From the NCBI GenBank assembly GCA_963709345.1, contig CAVPVX010000011.1, forward strand, positions 256,001 through 320,000: 64,000 nucleotides of DNA, read 5' to 3'. The DNA comes from an uncultured Actinomycetes bacterium (GTDB lineage Bacteria; Actinomycetota; Thermoleophilia; UBA2241). Of the stretch, positions 18,302-26,832 are shown piece by piece; within the stretch, counting starts at the first letter, position 1, and each line of letters opens with the position of its first letter. The notes under the pieces were generated by a model that did not search any database, was not told where the DNA came from, and saw only the letters and a list, made by a program, of their open reading frames with translations. Both the position numbers and the translations under genes were made by a program.

Positions 18302-19879
18302 ATGCACGAGCGGCAGGTACAACTCTACGACACCACCTTGCGGGACGGCATGCAGCAGGAAGGCATGTCGGTATCGGTCGAAGAGAAGGTGCGCATCGCG
18401 CTCAAGCTCGACGAGCTCGGCATCGGGTTCATCGAGGGCGGCTTTCCCGCGTCCAACCCCAAGGAGATGGAGTTCTTCCGGCGGATGCGCGACGAGCGGC
18501 TCGCGACTGCCGAGCTCGTCGCCTTCGGCATGACGCGGCGCAAGGGCGTGCCGGCCGAGGCCGACGACAACCTCCGGGTGCTCGCCGAGGTGTTCACGCC
18601 CACGGTCACCATCGTCGGCAAGACGTGGGGGCTGCACCTGAGCAAGGTCATCCGCGTGAGCCGCGACGAGAACCTGCGCATGATCGACGAGTCGGTGCGC
18701 TTTCTCACGGCGCAGGGCAAGAGCGTCGTGTACGACGCCGAGCACTTCTTCGACGCGTGGCGCGACGACCGCGAGTACGCGCTGCGGTGCGTCACCGCGG
18801 CCGCCGAAGCGGGCGCCGCGGTGCTCTGCCTCTGTGACACCAACGGGGCGTCGTTGCCGCCGCTGGTCGCGGACGTGGTCCGCGAGGTCACGGCGGCCCT
18901 CGGCGGCGCGCTCGTCGGTGTGCACGTCCACAACGATGGCGACTGCGCGGTCGCGAACAGCCTCGTTGCGGTGGAGGCCGGCGCCCGCCACGTCCAGGGC
19001 ACGGTGAACGGGTACGGCGAGCGCTGCGGCAACGCCAACCTCATCAGCATCATCCCGGCGCTCAAGCTCAAGATGGGGTACGACGTGGTGAGCGATGATC
19101 AGCTGCGGCGGCTCACCGAGACATCCCACTTCGTCGCCGACGTCGTCAACGCGGCCATCTGGGCGCACGCGCCCTACGTGGGCCGCTCGGCCTTCGCCCA
19201 CAAGGGCGGTCTGCACGTGGCGGCGGTCGAGAAAGCTCCCGAGACCTTCGAGCACGTCGACCCGGGGAGCGTGGGCAACGAGCAGCGCGTCGTGATCTCG
19301 GAGCTGTCCGGCAAGGGCGCGGTGATCCGCAGGGCGCACGAGCTGGGCCTGCAGATCGAGGGCGACGACGCGCGCGTCGCCATGGTGCTCAAGCGCCTCA
19401 AGGCGCGCGAACACGAGGGCTACCACTACGAGGCCGCGGACGCGTCGTTCGACCTGCTCCTGCGCGAGGAGCTCGCGCCGCACGACCCACTGTTCCGCCT
19501 CGAGAGCTTCCGCGTCATCGTCGAGAAGCGGGAGGACGGCAAGGCGGTCGTCGAGGCGACGATCAAGGTGCACGTGGGCGACGAGCGCATCATCAGCACG
19601 GCCGAGGGCAACGGGCCCGTCAACGCCCTCGACACGGCGCTGCGACAGGCGATCGTGGGCAAGTACCCGCACCTCGCCGACATCGAGCTGGTCAACTACA
19701 AGGTGCGCATCCTCGACGAGACCAAGGGCACCGGCGCCGTCACCCGCGTGCTGCTCGACGCCAGCGACGGCGAGGAGAGCTGGGGCAGCATCGGCCTGAG
19801 CGAGAACATCATCGAGGCGAGCTGGGAGGCACTGGTCGACTCGATCGAGTTCGGGATGCTGCGGGGCGCGGGGGAGTGA
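18302..19879 (+). CDS. cimA: citramalate synthase
   Basis: YDTTLRDG.QQEG, YDAEHFFD, LCDTNG, GERCGNA, AFAHKGGLH, YKVRIL. Confidence 0.88.
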   Translation: MHERQVQLYDTTLRDGMQQEGMSVSVEEKVRIALKLDELGIGFIEGGFPASNPKEMEFFRRMRDERLATAELVAFGMTRRKGVPAEADDNLRVLAEVFTPTVTIVGKTWGLHLSKVIRVSRDENLRMIDESVRFLTAQGKSVVYDAEHFFDAWRDDREYALRCVTAAAEAGAAVLCLCDTNGASLPPLVADVVREVTAALGGALVGVHVHNDGDCAVANSLVAVEAGARHVQGTVNGYGERCGNANLISIIPALKLKMGYDVVSDDQLRRLTETSHFVADVVNAAIWAHAPYVGRSAFAHKGGLHVAAVEKAPETFEHVDPGSVGNEQRVVISELSGKGAVIRRAHELGLQIEGDDARVAMVLKRLKAREHEGYHYEAADASFDLLLREELAPHDPLFRLESFRVIVEKREDGKAVVEATIKVHVGDERIISTAEGNGPVNALDTALRQAIVGKYPHLADIELVNYKVRILDETKGTGAVTRVLLDASDGEESWGSIGLSENIIEASWEALVDSIEFGMLRGAGE

Positions 19880-20676
19880 GCGGCGTCGGCGTCTTGGGCG
19901 GCGCTCCTGTGACGCCTCCGGTCGGGGCCTTCGGTCGCGTCCTTGTGGCGGATCACGCCTGGCACTGCCTATTCACCGACGACCGCGTCGAGCTGTTCGA
20001 CCGGCCGGCGTGGGATTCATTGGCCACGCTGGTCGCGGACGCTGATCCGAAGAAGACGCTGCTGCTCGCGCCCGTCGTCCCTGGCAAGATCGTCGCCGTG
20101 GGACTCAACTACCGTGCGCACGCCGAGGAGCTGCGCATGGAGACCAAGGCCGAGCCCATCCTCTTCATGAAACCGCGCACGGCGGTGATCGGGCCGGGGA
20201 AAGCCGTCGTCCGCCCGGCCCGCTCGCTGCAGGTCGACTACGAGGCCGAGCTGGTCGTCGTGATCGGCCGGCGCTGCAAGGGCGTCTCGCCGGCCGACGC
20301 CGCCGATTTCGTCGCCGGCTACACCTGCGGCAACGACGTCACCGCTCGCGACCTGCAGAAGGTGGACGGGCAGTGGACGCGCGCCAAGAGCTTCGACACC
20401 TTCTGCCCGCTCGGGCCGTGGATCGTGCCGGAGGCGCCGGGAGCCGGCGCGCGCGTGAGCGCGCGCCTCGACGGCGCCGAGGCCCAGCACGGCCTGGTCG
20501 GCGACATGATCGTCTCGCCGCTGGAGCTCCTTGCGTTCGTGAGCGGCGTCATGACGCTCGAGCCCGGCGACGTCCTCATGACCGGCACGCCGCCGGGCGT
20601 CGGCCCGCTCGCCGCCGGCCAGACGGTGACGATCACCGTCGAGGGCGTCGGGGAGCTGAGCAACCCCGTCACCTGA
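19876..20676 (+). CDS. fumarylacetoacetate hydrolase family protein
   Basis: KIVAVGLNY, DYEAEL, NDVTARD, AKSFDTFCPLGP, GDVLMTGTPPGVG. Confidence 0.9.
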   Translation: MSGVGVLGGAPVTPPVGAFGRVLVADHAWHCLFTDDRVELFDRPAWDSLATLVADADPKKTLLLAPVVPGKIVAVGLNYRAHAEELRMETKAEPILFMKPRTAVIGPGKAVVRPARSLQVDYEAELVVVIGRRCKGVSPADAADFVAGYTCGNDVTARDLQKVDGQWTRAKSFDTFCPLGPWIVPEAPGAGARVSARLDGAEAQHGLVGDMIVSPLELLAFVSGVMTLEPGDVLMTGTPPGVGPLAAGQTVTITVEGVGELSNPVT

Positions 20677-20827
20677 CGCGGGTGGGCGAGGACCACGCGG
20701 CCCAGATCGTCGTTCATGGTCCGCCTCCTGTGAGGGAGATCCGTTCAACCAACGCGGTGGGTGTACCCGGCGCGCAGAGAGCGAAGCGCCCAAGGACCGG
20801 CGGCGCCCCCGCCGTCTCTCGGTCGGA

Positions 20828-21142
20828 CTACCCGAGGCCGGACCCGCCGCTCTTGGCGTGGGCCGCGGCGGCCTCCAGAGGCACGATCTGGGTCGTCACC
20901 CTCATGCCCAGAGCAAAGGCGAGCTTGCCCATGGTCGCTGCGGTGAGGTTGCACTCGCCGGCGAGCACGCGCGAGACCCAGGCCCGTGACGTGCCCATGC
21001 GACGGGCCAGCTCGGCGCCACTGACTCCCTTGGCGTCCATCTCGGCGACCAGCGCGTCGATGAGCTCGAGCGTCATGAGGTAGCTCCAGTACTCGGGATG
21101 CTGCCGCGCCAGCGTCGCGTGCTCATCGAAGGTCGGCGCCAT
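20828..21142 (-). CDS. XRE-family HTH protein, HigA-like antitoxin
   Basis: GVSGAELARRMGTSRAWVSRVLAGECNLT HTH; start overlaps the toxin stop (TGATG). Confidence 0.8.
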   Translation of the reverse strand: MAPTFDEHATLARQHPEYWSYLMTLELIDALVAEMDAKGVSGAELARRMGTSRAWVSRVLAGECNLTAATMGKLAFALGMRVTTQIVPLEAAAAHAKSGGSGLG

Positions 21143-21543
21143 CACGCTCCTATCTCGACAACGATGTCGCCGACGGCCGAGGCGGCGAGGTAGTCCGTGC
21201 GGAGATGCTGTGCACGCCGGACGATCCCCCGGAGCTCGCGCGGTTTGGGCTTCCTGCAGAGCTCGCTGCACACGATGAGCCGCCGCTGCTCGAAGAAGAA
21301 GACGAGCCGGAACCCTCGAGGCGTCTTGAGCTCGAAGATGCCCTCGCCGAGGTGTCGCGACCGGCGCTCGTCTCTCGGTGGTCCGGCGAGAGCGATCTTG
21401 CCCAGCAAGGCGAGGAGTTGAGCATGGGCCGCTCGGTCGGTGACCGCGACTGCATCAAGCGCCTCCCTGATGGAACAGCGACCGCGACCATCGACCACGG
21501 CGGCGATGATCCACGTGCTGCTCGAGATGACAGTGAGCCGCAT
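21142..21543 (-). CDS. RelE/ParE-family (HigB-like) toxin
   Basis: SRHLGEGIFELK..GFRLVFF..LIVC; lies upstream of the HTH gene. Confidence 0.75.
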   Translation of the reverse strand: MRLTVISSSTWIIAAVVDGRGRCSIREALDAVAVTDRAAHAQLLALLGKIALAGPPRDERRSRHLGEGIFELKTPRGFRLVFFFEQRRLIVCSELCRKPKPRELRGIVRRAQHLRTDYLAASAVGDIVVEIGA

Positions 21544-21561
21544 GTTAACTCATAAGTTGAC
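21544..21561. promoter_or_regulatory. palindromic operator immediately upstream of the toxin start
   Basis: gttaact-cata-agttgac (6 of 7 matched), AT-rich in a GC-rich context. Confidence 0.55.
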
Positions 21562-21744
21562 GCGGCGCAAAGCTTGGACACTGTCCCGCGTTGGAGTATC
21601 GACGTGCCGGCGACACGGGAAACTGGTTCATGGAGTCCTCACGACGCCAGCGTATGCCGGCCGCACCACGCGTCAGGATGACGAAAGTGGGGCGGGGTGG
21701 ACGTTGCGGGGTGGCGGCGCGGCAGTGCTCGCGCGGCGCGCCGG

Positions 21745-22854
21745 TCAAGCAGAAGCGACCTGCCCGCGGCCACGCCACCCGGCGTCCAGACGCGCGTACC
21801 CGAGCGCGAGAAGGTGGCTCGCGACCAGGATCGGCACCCCGAGCAGCGCGGCGACCCATGACGGCTGGTCGAACACACCGAGGCCGATCGCGAGCCAGCC
21901 GATCAGTACCCACTGGATCAGGTAGACGGCGGTGATGTTGCGGCTCAGCGAGGTCAGGTAGCGCGGCACGATGCGCCACGAAAGGCGGCCGTCCAGCCAC
22001 CACAGGAGCGGCAGCCAGAGCAGGACGAAGCCCGCCAGCAGCAACTGCACCGGCAGGCCGCTGCGGTAGTAGTCGCCGAAGGCGAGGATCTCGCCGGGGC
22101 CGGGAGCAAAGGGGAGGAGCGCTACGCCGGCCAGAGCCGCACCGCAGCCTGCGAGCGCCCAGCCCCGCATCAGCCGGCGCGCGGAAGAGGCACGGGCGGC
22201 GAACCCGGCCAGAGAGAGGCCGAGCAGTGGGTAGGCGAGCCACGGGAAGAGCGGGAACGACACCCAGTCGCCGAGCCCCCACAGCGGGTCGAGGGCGACG
22301 TTCCCGCCGCCGACCCCCCACAGGAGCGGCGCGACGACCGCCACCACCGCCGCCAGCGCCAGGACGAGGCGCGGGTCGCGCGCGTACCGCTTGACCGGTC
22401 CGAGGACGATGAGCGAGAGGCCGGCGAGCTGGAGGATGTCGATCTCGAAGAGCGGCCCCCACCAGGTGCCGCCGAAGGCGTCGATGGCGCGCGCGTCGCC
22501 GCTCACCAGCAGCGGCACGGAGAAGCGCACCAGGTTGAGCAAGTAGCCGAGCGCGAACAGCTGCAGCCCGCGCACGACGCCCTCGCGCACTCCGGTGCGG
22601 GACGAGCTGCCGAACAGGAAGCCCATCGCGACCATGAAGACCGGCGCGGCGGGGGCGGTGCCGAGGAGCAGGAAGGTCACGCCGAGCACCGAGTCCTCGC
22701 CGGAGCCCACGGCGAAGATGATCTGGACGTGCTGGAAGACCATGAAGACGATGGCCAGCCCGCGGGCGAGGTCGAGAAAGCGGAGTCGGCCGTCGGTGGT
22801 GAGCAGCGGTCCGAACGCTCGACGAGGACCAGGGCCCGGGGTCGGCCGGCTCAT
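21745..22854 (-). CDS. multi-pass membrane protein, HGSNAT/DUF1624-like acyltransferase domain
   Basis: RLRFLDLARGLAIVFMVFQH, DILQLAG, FPLFPWLAY, YLIQW. Confidence 0.8.
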   Translation of the reverse strand: MSRPTPGPGPRRAFGPLLTTDGRLRFLDLARGLAIVFMVFQHVQIIFAVGSGEDSVLGVTFLLLGTAPAAPVFMVAMGFLFGSSSRTGVREGVVRGLQLFALGYLLNLVRFSVPLLVSGDARAIDAFGGTWWGPLFEIDILQLAGLSLIVLGPVKRYARDPRLVLALAAVVAVVAPLLWGVGGGNVALDPLWGLGDWVSFPLFPWLAYPLLGLSLAGFAARASSARRLMRGWALAGCGAALAGVALLPFAPGPGEILAFGDYYRSGLPVQLLLAGFVLLWLPLLWWLDGRLSWRIVPRYLTSLSRNITAVYLIQWVLIGWLAIGLGVFDQPSWVAALLGVPILVASHLLALGYARLDAGWRGRGQVASA

Positions 22855-22863
22855 CGTGCGACG

Positions 22864-23088
22864 TCACGCATCGTCGGCGTCCGCAGACTTGTGGCGGTAG
22901 GCCTTCCACGCGATGTAGGCGAGGCTGCCGGCCATGAGGACGATGAACCACGGGCTGGTGATGATGGCGGCGAGAGGTTCGCCGAGCAGGACCAGCACCC
23001 AAAGGATCACCGCGGTGATCAGCGCATCGACCGCCAGCTCCTGCAGGACGAATCTGGCTCGCGAGGCAGTGCGCTTTGGGGACGCCAT
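22864..23088 (-). CDS. small two-TM membrane protein
   Basis: 74-aa ORF with two hydrophobic segments, 9 nt upstream of the DUF1624-like gene. Confidence 0.6.
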   Translation of the reverse strand: MASPKRTASRARFVLQELAVDALITAVILWVLVLLGEPLAAIITSPWFIVLMAGSLAYIAWKAYRHKSADADDA

Positions 23089-23149
23089 CGGAAGTCGCTT
23101 TCGTCGTCTGACCAGGGAGGCCGGTCACGCAACGGCTACCTCAGGATAG

Positions 23150-23359
23150 TATCAGCAGAGGTCAGATTCGCTGGGCCGCGTCGTCGTCGATCTCATGGAG
23201 GCGCGCGGGTTCGACGGGGTGACCCTGCGGCACGTCGCGGGTGTCTCGCAGTCGACAGTCCGCCGGTGCTTCGACGCCGAGGGGCGTGTCACCCCATGGG
23301 ACGAGCATGACGTGCCCATCGGCGCTCCCGCACGGGTATTCGTGCAGAATCCCGGCTAG
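23150..23359 (+). pseudogene. TetR-family HTH remnant
   Basis: LMEARGFDGVTLRHVAGVSQSTVRRCF..WDEHD resembles a TetR N-terminus with a short deletion; no ligand-binding domain. Confidence 0.55.
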
Positions 23360-23438
23360 GATAGCGTCCCGCGCTGGTCGCCGATCCCGGCGCGGTGTGC
23401 ACGGCGACACCACCGGCCGACACGTCGGAAGGGCGTTC

Positions 23439-24644
23439 ATGAACGATGCGATCCCTTACTCCCCAGGCGCGCCGGCGGCGGACCGTGATGATCCGGCCAC
23501 GGACCTGCAACGCGCGATGGACCGCTGGTTCTTTCGTCGCGGGCTGCCGCAGTTCGCCCTCGACCACAGTTCCACCACGGCCATCTGGACGAGGGCGTCG
23601 CCGTTCCTCTTCGTCAGCTTCCTCTTCCTCGTCGTCACGAGCGCCGCCGATGTCCGCAGCGTCGCGGGCGGCGTGGCCGTCGCCGTCGCCGCCGGGCTGT
23701 TCCTGGTCGCCTTTGGAGTCGTCAATCTGCGCGGGGGGCGACCGTTCCATGCGCTGCCGCGGCGCGTCGGCTGGGGCGTGCTCGCTGCCTACGTCGTCGT
23801 GCCCACACTCCTCAGTGGCTTCGCCTCACTGCGGTGGCTCCCACCCCTGGTGACCGTGGGGGTGGCCGTCGGGTTCCTCGCGCTCGCCTGGGTCGTCACC
23901 TGGGCAGCGCTCATCCCGCTCGTTGGCTGGGCCGTCCGGTGGACCACGCGGCAATTCGGCAGCGTCGTGCCGCTCGTCACCCGTGCCCTGCCACTGCTTC
24001 TGCTCTTCGTCACCATCATCTACCTCACCACGGAGGTCTGGCAGGTCGCCGGCACGCTGCCCGCCCGGTGGCTGTGGCTCACCATCGGACTCTTCATCCT
24101 TCTCGGCCTCTGCGTCATCGCCACGCGCCTTCCGCAGGGGATCCACAGCCTGGAGGCCACTGGCGACAGAGCCTCCATCGAGAGCGCCTGTGCCGGCACG
24201 CCGCTGGCCCCCGTCGTCGCCGGCATCGCCGACCTCGGCGAGCCGCGGCCGCTGACCCGTCTGCAGCGTCTCAACATCGGCGTCGTCATGACGATGGCCC
24301 AGGTGGTGCAGGTGGCTCTGTTCGCCGTGGTCGTGTGGCTCTTCTTCCTGCTCTTCGGGACCATCGCCGTCTCCATCCCCGTCCAGATGGAGTGGCTGGG
24401 CGGCATCAACCCCGTGGACGTGCTGTGGCACCTGACGCCCGATCGCGGCCTCACCCGCGAGTCCGTGCGCGTGGCGACGTTCCTCGCCGGCTTCTCGGCG
24501 TTCTACGTCACTGTCTACAGCGCTTCGGACGCGACCTACCACGAGCACTTCTACGCGGACATCGGTCGCGAGCTGGAGCGTGCCATGGCGGTCCGCCAGG
24601 CCTACGTGGCCCACAGCGTCGAACGCGGTCCGCAGACGCGCTGA
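23439..24644 (+). CDS. uncharacterised multi-pass membrane protein
   Basis: Several TM segments; RWFFRRGLPQF, TRALPLLLLF..TEVWQ, FLAGFSAFY; host-like codon usage. Confidence 0.75.
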   Translation: MNDAIPYSPGAPAADRDDPATDLQRAMDRWFFRRGLPQFALDHSSTTAIWTRASPFLFVSFLFLVVTSAADVRSVAGGVAVAVAAGLFLVAFGVVNLRGGRPFHALPRRVGWGVLAAYVVVPTLLSGFASLRWLPPLVTVGVAVGFLALAWVVTWAALIPLVGWAVRWTTRQFGSVVPLVTRALPLLLLFVTIIYLTTEVWQVAGTLPARWLWLTIGLFILLGLCVIATRLPQGIHSLEATGDRASIESACAGTPLAPVVAGIADLGEPRPLTRLQRLNIGVVMTMAQVVQVALFAVVVWLFFLLFGTIAVSIPVQMEWLGGINPVDVLWHLTPDRGLTRESVRVATFLAGFSAFYVTVYSASDATYHEHFYADIGRELERAMAVRQAYVAHSVERGPQTR

Positions 24645-24727
24645 GCCGAGAGCCGGCGCGTGGATCCGGCGCAGGCGCGCCGTCGCCTTCGACCCTCCAA
24701 TCCGTCACACCGGAGAGAGTGCGCTGA

Positions 24728-25267
24728 TCAGTCGATCTGCGTCTCTGCGGCTGTGAGTCGCGCGATCCACGCCGACCCGTCGCACGTGAACAACGTGCCG
24801 ACTGTGCGGGATCCCACCCTCTCGAGAGTGACGGCGTACTCGCCCACTTGCACGCGGAGAGACGACCCAGATTCGGCCACCCTCCCTGGCTCGTCCCCGA
24901 CGTCCATGCGTCCCCAATACTCAGTGTACGCGTCACCATCCTCGCGCATCAGACGGGGATTTCCTTCGCAGGGATAGACATGAGCGCTCGAGCGCTCGGA
25001 GCGGTCTTCTGTGTCGAATCGACTCACCCACTCCATCGTGTGCGTTGCCGGATCATAGGATGCGTGCCCTGCGAATGCCTGCGTGGAGGAATAGGGAAGA
25101 CGCTCGGGGTCGGCGGAGCGGGAGACACGGATGTCGGCGAAGTGGCGATCGCACTGTAGCCACCAGACCTCGGAGACTTCGCTCGGGCCATGGCCGTCGG
25201 CCTCAATGGAAAGGCGGCGCCATGCACCGTTGGGCCAATCCACTATGCCGTTTCCCCCAGACCGCAT
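24728..25267 (-). CDS. hypothetical protein, possibly HRI1-like beta-barrel
   Basis: GAWRRLSI..VWWLQCDRHFADIR..QAFAG..YTEYW; start uncertain. Confidence 0.5.
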   Translation of the reverse strand: MRSGGNGIVDWPNGAWRRLSIEADGHGPSEVSEVWWLQCDRHFADIRVSRSADPERLPYSSTQAFAGHASYDPATHTMEWVSRFDTEDRSERSSAHVYPCEGNPRLMREDGDAYTEYWGRMDVGDEPGRVAESGSSLRVQVGEYAVTLERVGSRTVGTLFTCDGSAWIARLTAAETQID

Positions 25268-25734
25268 ACAGGACCGTTCGAGCCGAGCCGCCACTCTCGC
25301 CGAAAGAGCGGCTCGGGGAAGGGCAATCGACAAGTCCGCAGGAGATTCAGCCTGCCTCCGATGGCCTGTGGGTACTGTCTCATCGAGCCCCACCTCTCCG
25401 CTACGTCGATGGTCGGGGAGCGCCCCGACTGAGCGGCCCCGCGTTCTCTGCGATTGCGCCCAGAGCCACCTTCGGCGTGGCTCAGTGCTCCTCCTGTGCA
25501 TCGACGTATCGATTACGCTACTGGGAGCAGTCATCGGGCGCAAGGGTTCGCTGCTCTTCATCCATCCTCGTACGAGTGCGCGCGTCTCATGACCGGTTCG
25601 CAGTTCTGGCTGTTGCCATCGACCCGTACCCTGCCCGGAATCCCGGCATCTCTCGAGGAATCGGGCCCGCCATGGACGCCTCCCAGTACCCCGACGTCGC
25701 CGCAGCGTCCTGGTGACACGCCCGACCTCGGTTG

Positions 25735-26526
25735 ACGATCCTCACGACAGCGATCATGCGCAGTGCCCGATTCGCCGAACGATCGTCGCCGCGATTGAGC
25801 CGGGGACGTCTCGTTGGCCCCGAGGAAGCGGGGAGGGGCGCGGCTCGGCGGACGAGCTCCGCGAGGGCCCGGTCGAGTCGGCCGATCTCCCTCTCGAGGG
25901 CGGCGATGCGCAGGGCGAGGCTTCGCAGGGCGAACTTGGCCGCCTGCAGGGGCTCGGCAAGCCGCCGTGGATCCGGCCGCATTCGTGCGCACAGACGTGC
26001 CTGCCTGCCCGAGGAGAGTCTTGCCGAGCAGCGACTCGCGCAGCTCGGCAGGAGCGGTCGCGATCAGGTCTCCCGGCTGGCACATTGCAGCGGCAAGCGC
26101 CTTCACGGCCCCCTCTCGAGAGACGCGAATCTGGCGGATCGACTCGATCACCCCGGTTGTGTCTTTCGGCACGACGACGATCTCGCCGGCCAGGACATTC
26201 CGCGCCGCGGCCAGGGCGTCGACGGGGTCGGGATTTCCCCTTGCGGCTGCGCGCGTGCTTGTGCGGCTGATTCACCTCCAGCAGGCAGACCTGTCGGCCT
26301 GTGAGCCAGCGCGTGAGACCAGCGCCGTAGGATGAGGTCGATTCGATCCCCAGAGCCGCGATCGGGCCGAACCCCTCCAGCCACGAGTGAAGCGCACGAT
26401 AACCCGCGAGCGTCGCGGGAAGTCCGCGTCCCCGAGTCGCTGCCCGCGCTCGTCCAAAGCCACGGCGTGATGCGTCCGAGAGTGACAGTCCACGCCGCCG
26501 ATGACACCAAGCCACTGTTCCGGCAT
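25735..26526 (-). mobile_element. IS110-family transposase pseudogene (frameshifts, internal deletion)
   Basis: VIGGVDCHSRTHHA, GIESTSSYGAGL, KGKS/DPVDA, PASSG..RLNRG.DR.ANRAL spread over several reading frames. Confidence 0.88.
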
Positions 26527-26832
26527 GCTCGCTCGCCCTCCTCATGGCGGTGACCGTGGGGCCGCGGCGGCCGCACAAGACAGCGAAGGGACTCACTTCG
26601 TGCGGGTTCCTGACTTGGCTACAACGAGGAGAGCTCCGTCGCGCACGACACCTCGTTCACTGCGATGTGCCGACGCATCGTCGTGGACGGCAGCGACCGT
26701 GTGCTCTGGGTGGCCGTCACGGGCGAGCAGCGTCCCGGGGGGCCCGGACGACCTCCCACCAGAGTGACGCGGCCCGCGAGTCCGCAGGTCACGTCCGCGG
26801 GCCCGGCGCCAGGTGCTAGAATCCGGGCATCC

